A stretch of DNA of 64,000 nt from Candidatus Bathyarchaeia archaeon. GTDB lineage: Archaea > Thermoproteota > Bathyarchaeia > Bathyarchaeales > Bathycorpusculaceae. The position numbers and the translations under genes were made by a program. The stretch is from NCBI GenBank assembly GCA_038883855.1, contig JAVZLH010000004.1, positions 31,150-95,149 on the forward strand. Reading direction: 5' to 3'. The notes beneath the pieces were generated by a model. The model saw nothing but the letters and a program-made list of their open reading frames with translations, made no database searches and was not told where the DNA came from. This document shows, piece by piece, positions 37,312-47,373 of this stretch (the first letter of the stretch is position 1; each line of letters starts with the position of its first letter).

Positions 37312-40047
37312 TTAACTTAAACCCTGCACATTTGTTTCTTCTTTTAGGTTTAAAATGCCTTTTATTGTTCCGTCTTCCATTGTTTTCAGCGTGAAGCCCA
37401 TCTTCTTTGTTAGGTTTATGGCTCTTTTATTGTCTGGCAGCATTATTGCATAGAGGGTTTCGACTCCCATGTCTCTGCAAACTTCTATGGCGTAATCAAC
37501 CATTTTTGTTCCTAGGCCTAACCCTTGCCATGGGTCTGCAACTATGAAGGCTATTTCGCCCGTTTTTCTGTCTGGTTCTAGGCTGACTCTGACTACGCCA
37601 ACTATTCTTCTTCGCCCGTTTTCTGTTAGTTCTGCCACTATCGCCATCTCCCTATCATAATCAATGTTGCAATAGCGCACTCTAACTTCATGAGGCGTGT
37701 CCTTAATGATTTGGAAAAACCTATAGCGTATAGACTCCTCAGAAAAGTTCTGAAACATCTCCAACCATAAGGGCTCATCCTCAGGTTTTATTGGTCTAAG
37801 CACAACGATTCTGCCGTCTTTAAGCCTCCACAGCGTTTCGTATTTTTTAGGATATGGACAAATGACGAGGTGGGATGGACACGCGCTAGGATAGTTGCGG
37901 GAAGAGAACATTTTGAGGGCAAGTTCTTTGTCAATTATAATTCGGGCGTCTAAGATGAAGGCTTCCTTCTCATCTATCAAAAGCGGGTTAATGTCGACCT
38001 CCACCAACTGTGGAAAATCAACAAGCATCTGCGAAAACCGAACAAGAATCTCCTCAAGAAGCTTCACATTCGCCGGAGGCATATTTCTATACCCTTTCAG
38101 AAGCTGATAGACTTTAGTTTCCTCCATAAGTCTTCTAGCCAACGTCTGGTTTAGCGGCGGAAGTCCGATGGCGAAGTCTTTGAAAAGTTCTACACCTACG
38201 CCGCCCATGCCGAAAAGGATGACTGGACCGAAAATTGAGTCTTTTTTGGAGCCGATAATTATTTCGTAGCCTCTTCTTTTTATCATGGGCTGAACCGTCA
38301 CGCCAATTATTTCAGCGTTTGGATTGTACTCCTTTGCCAGTTTCATTATGTTTTCAAAGGCTTGTTCCACTTCAGAATCACATGTTAAGTTTAGTGCCAC
38401 CCCACCAGCGTCGCTTTTATGGATGATCTGGGGTGAGAGAATCTTTAGCACTACCGGATAGCCTATCTGCTTCGCCAACATCACGGCTTCTTCCGCGGTT
38501 TTGGCTACGAAAGTTTTTACAACTGGAAACTCGTAGTATTCCAGAAGTTTTTTGGCCTCTGCCTCTGTGAGGAGGGTTCTGCCTTCTAGGGCGGCGTTTC
38601 TCATAAGTGTAAGTATTGGACGTGTCGGAGAAGCCGCGTCAACCGGAAGTTCCTCAGGTGTCTCATATAAAAGCTCGAGGTTGCGCTTGTACTGGTACAT
38701 GTAAAGGTAGGTTTTCACCGCTTGCTCAGGCGTTGAGTATGTTGGAATGCCGTTTTCGTTAAAAATGCGGTTGGCTTCTTCAACTGCGCCGTGTCCCATA
38801 AAAGATGTGAGGATTGTCTTGCTTAGGTAGCGTTTGTTTTTGCAAACTTCAACTATGCTTTTCGCGATTTCCACTGGTTCAGCAACAGCTTGAGACGTGT
38901 AGATTAACAATATTCCGTCGACATTTTCATCTTCAAGACATACTTCAAGCACAGCCTTGTAGCGGTCTGCACGGGCATCTCCAAGGATGTCTATGGGGTT
39001 GCCCTTACTCCAGTAGTGTGGGAGAATATTGTTCAGCGTTTCCATTGTTTTTGGGCTTAGTTTTGCCAGTTTTCCACTTCGAGCTATTAGGGCGTCAGTT
39101 GCCATCACGCCGGGTCCGCCAGCATTCGTTATTATAGCGAGGTTCGGTCCTTTTGGCAGAGGCTGCATTCCCAAGACTTCTGCGCAGTTGAATAGGTCTG
39201 CTATTTCTTCGACGCGGACCATGCCGGCGCGTTTGAAGGCTGCGTCATATACCAAGTCTTCGCCTGTTAGGGCGCCTGTGTGAGAAGCGGCGGCTTTTGC
39301 GCTTTCTGCGAATTTTCCGGCTTTTACGACTATTATGGGTTTTGTTCTTGCGAAGTGGCGGGCGGCGCTCATGAATTTTCTTGCGTTTGTTATTCCTTCT
39401 ATGTAGAGTAGGATGCTTCTTGTTTTTGGGTCTGTTCCAAAATAGTCTATTAAATCGCCGAAATCCACGTCTATCATTGAGCCTACTGAAACGAAGTTGC
39501 TGAAGCCTATGTTTTCGTGGATTGCCCAGTCTAGGATGGCTGAGCCTAGGGCTCCGCTTTGGCTTATGAAGGCTACGTTGCCAGGTTTTGGCATGGCGTT
39601 TATGAACGTGGCGTTTAGGCCTATGCTTGGGCGGATGACCCCCAAACAGTTTGGTCCAAGAATGCGCAGATCATATTGCCTTTTTATTTCGAGGATTTTG
39701 TCTTCTAGGGCTTTTCCTTCTGGGCCAGTTTCTTTGAAGCCCGCTGAGATTATGATTATTCCTTTTATTCCAGCCTTTCCGCATTGCTCAACAACTTCTG
39801 GAACTGTTTTGGCTGGAGTTGCAATCACGGCTAGGTCAACTGGCTCGGGGATTTGCCCAACTGTCTGGTAGGTTTTTAATCCTAAAATTTCGGTTTTTCT
39901 GATGTTAACTGGGTAAACTTTGCCTTTGAAACCGGATTCTAAAAAGTTTTTCATTAAGGCGCGTCCAACAGAGCCTTCTTCGTCGCTTGCGCCTATTACG
40001 GCGACGCTTTGTGGATTGAAAATTTTGTCAAGATACGTGGTAACCAT
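37312..40047 (-). CDS. NDP-forming acyl-CoA synthetase (alpha+beta) fused to a C-terminal GNAT domain (Pat/PatZ-type)
   Basis: VAVIGAS, GPNCLG, SQSGA, AASHTGAL, NAGGPG, NPIDILGD, ATP-grasp HKSDAGGV/DINPL and GNAT EIAFIVADPWQGLGLG. Start at ATG 40047. Confidence 0.92.
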   Translation of the reverse strand: MVTTYLDKIFNPQSVAVIGASDEEGSVGRALMKNFLESGFKGKVYPVNIRKTEILGLKTYQTVGQIPEPVDLAVIATPAKTVPEVVEQCGKAGIKGIIIISAGFKETGPEGKALEDKILEIKRQYDLRILGPNCLGVIRPSIGLNATFINAMPKPGNVAFISQSGALGSAILDWAIHENIGFSNFVSVGSMIDVDFGDLIDYFGTDPKTRSILLYIEGITNARKFMSAARHFARTKPIIVVKAGKFAESAKAAASHTGALTGEDLVYDAAFKRAGMVRVEEIADLFNCAEVLGMQPLPKGPNLAIITNAGGPGVMATDALIARSGKLAKLSPKTMETLNNILPHYWSKGNPIDILGDARADRYKAVLEVCLEDENVDGILLIYTSQAVAEPVEIAKSIVEVCKNKRYLSKTILTSFMGHGAVEEANRIFNENGIPTYSTPEQAVKTYLYMYQYKRNLELLYETPEELPVDAASPTRPILTLMRNAALEGRTLLTEAEAKKLLEYYEFPVVKTFVAKTAEEAVMLAKQIGYPVVLKILSPQIIHKSDAGGVALNLTCDSEVEQAFENIMKLAKEYNPNAEIIGVTVQPMIKRRGYEIIIGSKKDSIFGPVILFGMGGVGVELFKDFAIGLPPLNQTLARRLMEETKVYQLLKGYRNMPPANVKLLEEILVRFSQMLVDFPQLVEVDINPLLIDEKEAFILDARIIIDKELALKMFSSRNYPSACPSHLVICPYPKKYETLWRLKDGRIVVLRPIKPEDEPLWLEMFQNFSEESIRYRFFQIIKDTPHEVRVRYCNIDYDREMAIVAELTENGRRRIVGVVRVSLEPDRKTGEIAFIVADPWQGLGLGTKMVDYAIEVCRDMGVETLYAIMLPDNKRAINLTKKMGFTLKTMEDGTIKGILNLKEETNVQGLS

Positions 40048-40225
40048 GAAAGTCAACCGCCACACGTGAATGCTACGTTTGGCACAAGTTAAACTTTACG
40101 AACCAAAACTACACTTTCTAGTAATGTAGAAAATGAGCATAGTTAGGGGTGAAAATCTAGAGGGGGTCTATCGGTATTGGTTTGTTTTTAACTCAAAAAA
40201 TGTAGAGAAACTACGCCCCGGTCGA

Positions 40226-42598
40226 TTATTGGAGTTGCAGCTTCTGTTTTATGGCGTTGCGTTTTTCCTCTGGCAAGGGTCCAAACTTCTTAATTCTGTC
40301 CGTAAACATGGTGAAAAGCTCAGCAGCCTTCTTGTAAACTGGCAAAGGCACATAGCTGTAGCGCATTCTCATGCTTTCAACACCGAACTGCCCCAGTTCC
40401 CTGCCCATCTCAATCATGCGCTTCTTAGTGAACTTCTCATCGATTTCCTCGCTTCCCTCAATCACCAAAACTCCGTCAGCGCCATAGGCGAAGGCGGCAA
40501 GCACATGTTTCTTGCTCAGTATAGCCGTTGAAGGAACGGCCACAATGCGAATGTTCTCTGGATAATTCGCCCTGTCCAAGCCCAAGAAGTCCATGCCCGT
40601 GTACCCAACATTCTTGTCAACAAAAGCCACAATCCTAACCTCGCCAGCAGCCTTCTCAGCCAAAACACCCCGCAACTGACCGAAAATCTGCCTGCTAGTC
40701 GAGTTCTTAAAGTCAATAGCCTCACGTGGACAAACTGGAATGCAAGCGCCACAGCCAATGCACATGAAGGGGTCGATTTTAGCTTTGCCCTCAACCATTG
40801 TGATGGCGTTGGATGGGCAGATGGGCACGCAAGCTTGGCAGCCATCGCACAAATCGGCAATGACAAAAGCCTTCTCTGGGCTGGTGGTTACATAATCGCT
40901 TTTGAGGAACAAGGCAGCCCTAGCCGAAGCGCCCAAAGCGTCAGAAACCGTGTCCCTTACATCCTTGGGGCTTAAAGCACAACCGCAAACAAAAACTCCA
41001 GCGATAAGCGAGTCAACAGGGTCAAGTTTAGGATGCTTCTCGGTGACAAAGCCATCCTCGCCAATGGAAACCTTCATCTTATCGCATAACTCCTTCAAAC
41101 CAGAAGAAGGAACCATTGGAGTGGCCAAAGCAACCATGTCAAACTCCTCCTCGCCAACCTCGCCAGTCAAAGTGTCCTCAGCCAAAACCACAAGCTTCCC
41201 ATTACTATTATTCTTATAAACTTCAGCAGCTTTCCCACGGACAAAAACAACCCCTGCTTCCTGATCTCTCCAATACAAGTCCTCATAGCCCTTACCAGTC
41301 GCTCTAATATCAGTGTAGTAAATCGTCACGTCAATCCCAAGCATTTTCTTAAGCACAAAAGCCTGCTTCAAAGCATACATACAACAGATACGGCTACAAT
41401 AAGGAATATGATTCTTATCTCTGGAACCAGCGCAGAGAATAATCGCCACTTTCCGCACATCGCTGCCATCAGCCCGCTTCACAAAACCCCCGGTTGGCCC
41501 AGTGGCGGAAACAAGCCTCTCCAACTGCATCATGGTGATAATGTCTTTGTAAACACCAAAACCGAAGGTCTCAAGCTTACGCGCATCATAAAGCTCGTAG
41601 CCAGTAGCCAAAATAATAGCGCCAACCTTCAACTCAACAACCTGTCCCTTATCATCAATGTTAATGGCTTTTGCGGGACAAAGCTGCTCACACTTTCGGC
41701 ACTTGTTGCAAGCGTTAAAGTCTATTGTGTAAGCTGAAGGAACAGCCTGCGGAAACTCGATGTAAGCAGCCTTCCGCGTTGCTAAACCCTCGTTAAACTC
41801 GTCTGGAACAGTAACTGGACAAACTTTGGCGCAGACACCACAACTCCGACATTTCTGAACGTCAACGCCGCGGGGTTTCATAAACACTTTCACATTAAAA
41901 TTGCCAGGCCGCCCACTAACCTCCATAACCTCAGCATAAGTAAGCAAATTCACATTGGGGTTCCTTCCAACCTCAGCCATTCGCGGAGTAAGAATGCACT
42001 GGGCGCAGTCCAATGTTGGAAAAACCTTAGTTAACTTCGCCATGTTACCGCCGATGCTTGGCTTACGCTCAACCAAATGAACCTTATAGCCCAAATAACC
42101 AAGCTCAAGAGCAGCCATAATCCCAGCAATTCCACCCCCAACAATGAGAATATCCCTAGAAGCCTTTTCACTCACAGCCTCTAAAGGCTCAAGGGCAATG
42201 CTACGCTCATAACCACCCCTAATGAGGCTTATGGCCTTCCTCGTGGCTTCCGCTGAAGCATGAGGCCCGTGAACCCAAGAGTCCTGTTCACGGATGTTCA
42301 CAAACTCAAGCATGTAAGGGTTCAAACCGGCCCTCTCCAAGACACCCTGGAAAGTGGCTAGGTGCATCCTCGGTGTACAACTCGCAACAACAACCCTCTC
42401 CAAATTCTCCTTCTTAATAGCTTCAAGAATCATTTCCTGAGCCGGCTTAGAACACAAGTACTTATGATACTTGGCTACGGCAACTCCTTCCCAGTTCTTG
42501 ACTGCGTCAACAACAGCCTTAACATCCACAACATCACCGATGTTTCCACCGCACTCGCAAACGAAAATCCCTATTTTAGGAAGCTTCTTCTCAGCCAA
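40226..42598 (-). CDS. hdrA: HdrA fused to a cysteine-less MvhD-like domain
   Basis: CECGGNI, YLCS, ASCTPR, GGGIAG, KVFPTLDC, LCAGSR..YCSRICC and ferredoxin motifs. The C-terminal YPENIRIV..AFAYGADGVLV region has no Cys. Confidence 0.9.
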   Translation of the reverse strand: MAEKKLPKIGIFVCECGGNIGDVVDVKAVVDAVKNWEGVAVAKYHKYLCSKPAQEMILEAIKKENLERVVVASCTPRMHLATFQGVLERAGLNPYMLEFVNIREQDSWVHGPHASAEATRKAISLIRGGYERSIALEPLEAVSEKASRDILIVGGGIAGIMAALELGYLGYKVHLVERKPSIGGNMAKLTKVFPTLDCAQCILTPRMAEVGRNPNVNLLTYAEVMEVSGRPGNFNVKVFMKPRGVDVQKCRSCGVCAKVCPVTVPDEFNEGLATRKAAYIEFPQAVPSAYTIDFNACNKCRKCEQLCPAKAINIDDKGQVVELKVGAIILATGYELYDARKLETFGFGVYKDIITMMQLERLVSATGPTGGFVKRADGSDVRKVAIILCAGSRDKNHIPYCSRICCMYALKQAFVLKKMLGIDVTIYYTDIRATGKGYEDLYWRDQEAGVVFVRGKAAEVYKNNSNGKLVVLAEDTLTGEVGEEEFDMVALATPMVPSSGLKELCDKMKVSIGEDGFVTEKHPKLDPVDSLIAGVFVCGCALSPKDVRDTVSDALGASARAALFLKSDYVTTSPEKAFVIADLCDGCQACVPICPSNAITMVEGKAKIDPFMCIGCGACIPVCPREAIDFKNSTSRQIFGQLRGVLAEKAAGEVRIVAFVDKNVGYTGMDFLGLDRANYPENIRIVAVPSTAILSKKHVLAAFAYGADGVLVIEGSEEIDEKFTKKRMIEMGRELGQFGVESMRMRYSYVPLPVYKKAAELFTMFTDRIKKFGPLPEEKRNAIKQKLQLQ

Positions 42599-42691
42599 CG
42601 CAATCCCTCGTTTTCATGATGATTTTAGCACATATTGAGGAAAAGGCTTATTAAAAATTTATGCTTCAACTTACTAAAAAGTGATGTTAAA

Positions 42692-43801
42692 ATGAACCCG
42701 CAAGAACTAGTCCAAAAACACAAGCTTCTTGAATGCATCCAATGTGGAACGTGCACAGGAAGTTGTCCCGTTTCAAGAAAAGCAGGCTTAAACATTAGGA
42801 AGTATATGCGGGAAGTAGCCACCCTCGGCAAACTGATAATCCACCCGCCAAATGAGATTTGGAGCTGCACAACATGCTCCACATGTGGCATAAGATGTCC
42901 AAAAGAAATAAACCCATACGAGTTCCTCATAGATATTAGAAGCATGGCAGTTGAAGAAGGACAGATTTCCCCAACAATAAGAGACGCGTTAGAAAGCATA
43001 TTTAAAAACGGAAACCCATGGGGAAGGATACGCAACAAACGCTCAGAATGGAGCCAAGGCTTAAATCTAAAACACATTTCTCAAGGCGCGGAAATCCTTT
43101 ATTATGTCGGATGCACAGCCGCCTACGACACGAGAATCCAAGAAGTAGCCAAAAGCCTCGTAAAATGTTTTGAAAAAGCTGGATTAAACTTCGGCGTTTT
43201 AGGCGACGAGGAAAGTTGTTGCGGAAGCGAAGTCTACGGAATGGGTGAAAAAGGCTTGTTTGACTTCTTGGTGGAGGAAAACATGAAAACCTTCAACAAA
43301 TACGGTGTAAAACATGTGGTAACAAGCTGTCCCCACGGGTTCCATGCCTTCAAAAACAGATATAACCAGACGACTTTTGAAGTCCAACATCACACCCAAC
43401 TATTAGCAAAGCTGATAGACGAAAAGAAGTTGAGCTTCACAAAGGAAGTTAACAAGAAAGTCATATACCACGACCCATGCTTCCTAGGTAAACAAAACGG
43501 CATCTACGAAGAACCAAGAAAAGTCATTGAAAGCCTCCCAGGCGTAAAACTTTTGGAGTTCGACCGCTCAAGGGCTAAAAGCCTCTGCTGCGAAGGGGGA
43601 GGAGGCAGAATGTGGGTTGACATTCCGGGACCAAGACTGGCAGAAATTAGAGTAAAGGACGCCGCTGAAGCAGGCGCAGAAGTAATAGCCGTCGCATGTC
43701 CATTCTGTCTCTTAACAATAGAGGATGCTGTTAAAACAACGGGGTTTGAGGGAAAAATCCAGGTCCTAGACGTGGCAGAGCTGGTCTCGCTTGCCCTTTA
43801 A
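42692..43801 (+). CDS. HdrD/GlpC-like Fe-S oxidoreductase (2x[4Fe-4S] plus two CCG domains)
   Basis: CIQCGTCTGSCP, WSCTTCSTCGIRCP, GNPW, GC..CCG..CPHG and HDPC..CCEGGGG..ACPFC. Confidence 0.9.
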   Translation: MNPQELVQKHKLLECIQCGTCTGSCPVSRKAGLNIRKYMREVATLGKLIIHPPNEIWSCTTCSTCGIRCPKEINPYEFLIDIRSMAVEEGQISPTIRDALESIFKNGNPWGRIRNKRSEWSQGLNLKHISQGAEILYYVGCTAAYDTRIQEVAKSLVKCFEKAGLNFGVLGDEESCCGSEVYGMGEKGLFDFLVEENMKTFNKYGVKHVVTSCPHGFHAFKNRYNQTTFEVQHHTQLLAKLIDEKKLSFTKEVNKKVIYHDPCFLGKQNGIYEEPRKVIESLPGVKLLEFDRSRAKSLCCEGGGGRMWVDIPGPRLAEIRVKDAAEAGAEVIAVACPFCLLTIEDAVKTTGFEGKIQVLDVAELVSLAL

Positions 43802-44024
43802 CACCTGTTAGCTCCACAAAATCTTTTCACAAAATCGCTCAGATTTTAAAGTAAGGTATCATTTTTCACCATAAGCTTCAAAAACATGTCTATGATTGGA
43901 TCTTAAATGAAACAAATTTAATCCTCTTCACTAAAAACTCAGACGTAATTTATATGCAACCAATATGGAAAAATTAAAAATTCGCTGAGTTTCACTCATA
44001 CCCAACCTACAGAGGATGATTTAA

Positions 44025-45224
44025 ATGAGAAAGGTTGTAATAGTGGACTATCTGAGGTCTCCATTCTCAAGATCAAGACCAAGAGAACCGGAAAAAGATA
44101 AATTCAACCCGCTAAGAATGGACGAAGTAGCTGGTATGCTCATCAAAAAAGTCGTTGAAAGAACAGGCATAAACCCCTTAGAAATTAACGAAGTAATCGC
44201 AGCAAGCGCCTTCGGCGTATGGGAACAATGGACTTACGGCGGACGCTCCATAGTCATGCTAGCCGGACTCCCCGTTGAAGTACCTGCATTCTTCGTCGAC
44301 AGACAATGCGGATCCTCAATGACCGCCGCACATCTCGGAGCCATGGAAATAATGACGGGATACTCAGACCTAGTAATCGTAACCGGAATTGAACACATGA
44401 CCCACATCCCAATGGGAGATAACCCATGGATAAGCCCTCCCACGGCCTTAATTGAAAGGGAAGAATACAGAAAATACGAGATGGAAATAGGCTTAGTGAT
44501 GGGGTTAACCGCGGAAAGACTCTTTAAGGAGGGAGCAGAAAAACACAAACTAACAAAAGAAGACATGGACAGATGGGGCTTAAGAAGCCATCAACTGGCA
44601 TTTAAGGCTCAGCAAGAAGGCTACTTTAAAGGAGAAATCCTGCCAATAAAAGTAACCAACCCAGATGGAACAACAGAAGTTGTAGAAACCGACCTAAGCA
44701 TCCGAGCAGATACAACCCTAGAAAAAATCCAAGCCTTAGCGCCAGCCTTCATAAAAGACGGATTCATAACAGCAGGAAACTCTTCACCATTAAACGCAGG
44801 CGCCTCATGCTTAATGCTGGCTTCGGAAGAAAAAGCAAAAGCACTAGGATTAGAACCTATGGCGACAATAAAATCAATGGGATGGGCAGGCGTCCCACCA
44901 GCCGTAATGGGAAAGGGCCCTGTTCCGGCAAGCAAAATGGCTCTTAAACACGCGGGACTCAGCGTCAAAGACATCGACTTCTGGGAAATCAACGAAGCCT
45001 TCGCCATAGTAACTCTCTGGTGCATCAAAGAACTTGGAATAGATCCAGATAAAGTAAATGTAAAGGGGGGAGCCATCGCCATAGGACATCCGCTAGGAGC
45101 TACTGGCGCAAGGCTCATCGGAACCTTGGCAAGGATTCTGGAAATGGAAGGCGGACGCTATGGACTGGCAACAGCTTGCATAGGTGGAGGACAAGGAGTA
45201 GCAACAATAATCGAGAAAGAGTAG
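44025..45224 (+). CDS. Thiolase (acetyl-CoA C-acyltransferase)
   Basis: DRQCGSS, GNSSPLNAGA, EINEAFA, GHPLGATG and CIGGGQG. Confidence 0.95.
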   Translation: MRKVVIVDYLRSPFSRSRPREPEKDKFNPLRMDEVAGMLIKKVVERTGINPLEINEVIAASAFGVWEQWTYGGRSIVMLAGLPVEVPAFFVDRQCGSSMTAAHLGAMEIMTGYSDLVIVTGIEHMTHIPMGDNPWISPPTALIEREEYRKYEMEIGLVMGLTAERLFKEGAEKHKLTKEDMDRWGLRSHQLAFKAQQEGYFKGEILPIKVTNPDGTTEVVETDLSIRADTTLEKIQALAPAFIKDGFITAGNSSPLNAGASCLMLASEEKAKALGLEPMATIKSMGWAGVPPAVMGKGPVPASKMALKHAGLSVKDIDFWEINEAFAIVTLWCIKELGIDPDKVNVKGGAIAIGHPLGATGARLIGTLARILEMEGGRYGLATACIGGGQGVATIIEKE

Positions 45225-45493
45225 CGATCTTATCCTCTTTCTACTTTAATGTGGCTTCCTAATTTAAGCTTCCAAAATTAGCCTTTTCATCGATGCTTGC
45301 ATCAATTCGCCACCACTGGTTTTCCTGAGAAGCGCCTACCGTATTGGTTTGTTTTTACTTAAAAACTATAGAGAGTATTCAATTTAGTAATGCGCCGAAG
45401 CCTAAATTTGCAGTTTCTGAATCTCGCCTAGATCGTTAACATGCAAATTTTTATAGTACCCAAAACATACTCAGTAGAAAGGTGTGACTAAAA

Positions 45494-46249
45494 ATGTTCA
45501 GACTTAAGGTTGCAGACGCAAAACTGCTAAGGGATATAGCAACAGCAATCTCCATCCTTGTAGACGAAGCTACATTCAAAATAGAGCCAGAAGGCATAAA
45601 ACTCCGCGCTATGGATCCATCCCGCGTTGCCATGGTTGATTTTGAATGGCCTAAAACAGTTTTTGATGAATATGAATGCACGGAACCGACAAAAATGTGT
45701 ATAAACATAAGCGAGTTATTGAAGCTGCTTAGGAGAGCAGGCAAAGATGAAGTTGTGGAGCTTTCCCTAGACGAGAAAACTGGAAGATTACAAGTGAAAA
45801 TAACAGGGAAATATGCGCGAAATTTCACAATGCCAACCCTTGAAGCCTCTGAAGAAGAGGTGCCCACGCCAAAAATATCCTTCAACGTCAAAGCAAAAGT
45901 AACAACAGAGGGCTTAACACGCGCAATTGAGGATGCCCAGCTAGTAAGCGACCATGTCAGAATCGAAGCTGACAATGAAAAACTGGTTTTCAACGCGGCT
46001 GGCGACCTCATGGGCGCAACAATATCCCTTCAAAAAGGAGGCGACGCATTGCTAGATTTGGAAGTCAAAGAACCGTCCAAAGCAACGTTCAGCCTAAGCT
46101 ATCTATCAGAAATCGTAAAGGCGGCATCCGCAACTGCCGACATAGCAACATTGGAATTTTCAACAGACATGCCGACAAAAATAGATTTCCAACAAGCAAA
46201 AGAAGGAAAACTAACATTTTACTTGGCGCCGAGAATAGAGACTGAATAA
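45494..46249 (+). CDS. pcn: DNA polymerase sliding clamp PCNA
   Basis: AMDPSRVAMV, FSLSYL and YLAPRIE. Confidence 0.96.
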   Translation: MFRLKVADAKLLRDIATAISILVDEATFKIEPEGIKLRAMDPSRVAMVDFEWPKTVFDEYECTEPTKMCINISELLKLLRRAGKDEVVELSLDEKTGRLQVKITGKYARNFTMPTLEASEEEVPTPKISFNVKAKVTTEGLTRAIEDAQLVSDHVRIEADNEKLVFNAAGDLMGATISLQKGGDALLDLEVKEPSKATFSLSYLSEIVKAASATADIATLEFSTDMPTKIDFQQAKEGKLTFYLAPRIETE

Positions 46250-46261
46250 CGTGAAAACAAA

Positions 46262-47290
46262 ATGCAACTTGCAACAGTCAGGTTCACAAAAAACGACATG
46301 GCGAAATACCCCTTCTTAAAAGAAACAGCAGAATATGTGAGGAAACTGGATTTTAAAATTGAAGATTTAACAAGCCCAGACTTCGCCAAAATTCTTGAAC
46401 GTGCCGAAGAAAGAATTGAAGAAGCAATCCTATACATGCTTGTAAGTAGAAAGCTGCGCGAAGAAGACATTGAAATCCTATCATTCCCAACTGCGATAAT
46501 ATTAGCCATAGCAACAGAAAACAGCCGTGTCAAAAAAAGATATGCCTTAGCAGAGGCAAAACAGTCATACGATGACCTAAAAGGAGAAAACCCTGAGAGA
46601 ATTTTGGCTATTTCCAAAAATTTCGGATGGAAACTCAAAATAAACGACGAAACTGGAATACCATATGAATTTAAACTCCACTTCACCGATTACTTAAGAA
46701 ACGTAACACATTTACGAGATAAAAAGTGGAAGCTCGTCAACAGATTCCTATCAAAAGGAAACGTTTACCTAACACGCAATGAAACCGCAAGACTGCTAAG
46801 CGAAGAAATCCGCAGATACATCGAAAAAAGGATGGAAATAAAGGAGCTCCCAAAGCTCCCACAAAAAATAATCGAAGTCGCAGAAAAAATTAACAAGTTA
46901 TCAGCAGAAAAACTAAGCCAAACAGAAACCGAACCCATACCAAAAACAGTACGGCAAGAAGCCTTTCCACCATGCATAAAAATGCTTCACCAATCGATTT
47001 TATCTGGACATCACCTCTCCCACATAGGAAGATTCACCCTAACATCCTTCCTCATAAACATAGGAATGCCAATAGAAAACGTCATTGAACTATTCAAAAA
47101 TTTTTCCGACTTCAATGAACGCATGACCCGCTATCAAGTAGAGCACATAGCGGGAGAAAGAGGTTCAAGAACACTGTACACTCCGCCAAGATGCGACACG
47201 CTTAAAACCCACGGAGTCTGCACAAATCCAGACACATTATGTCAAAAAATACATCATCCGCTGAGTTATTACAAGAAGAAGTTAAGTTAA
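46262..47290 (+). CDS. priL: DNA primase large subunit
   Basis: KYPFL, WKLVNR, FPPCI, YQVEHIAG and C-terminal Fe-S cysteines PPRC..GVC..LC..HPLSYY. Confidence 0.93.
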   Translation: MQLATVRFTKNDMAKYPFLKETAEYVRKLDFKIEDLTSPDFAKILERAEERIEEAILYMLVSRKLREEDIEILSFPTAIILAIATENSRVKKRYALAEAKQSYDDLKGENPERILAISKNFGWKLKINDETGIPYEFKLHFTDYLRNVTHLRDKKWKLVNRFLSKGNVYLTRNETARLLSEEIRRYIEKRMEIKELPKLPQKIIEVAEKINKLSAEKLSQTETEPIPKTVRQEAFPPCIKMLHQSILSGHHLSHIGRFTLTSFLINIGMPIENVIELFKNFSDFNERMTRYQVEHIAGERGSRTLYTPPRCDTLKTHGVCTNPDTLCQKIHHPLSYYKKKLS

Positions 47291-47373
47291 GATAATAGTA
47301 GATGAGACATAATATAACCATATAATAGACTTTAATAGTTGCCGAATTAACCAAAGCTAGGTGAAAAACGTCA

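Noticed and set aside
40133-40531. 132-aa + strand ORF and similar antisense ORFs across the window
   Set aside because: They lie opposite well-supported genes and show no motifs.
45225-45493. Replication origin upstream of PCNA (the 59855-60221 gap was also considered)
   Set aside because: No ORB-like repeats were recognised and there is no cdc6/orc1 gene in the window.
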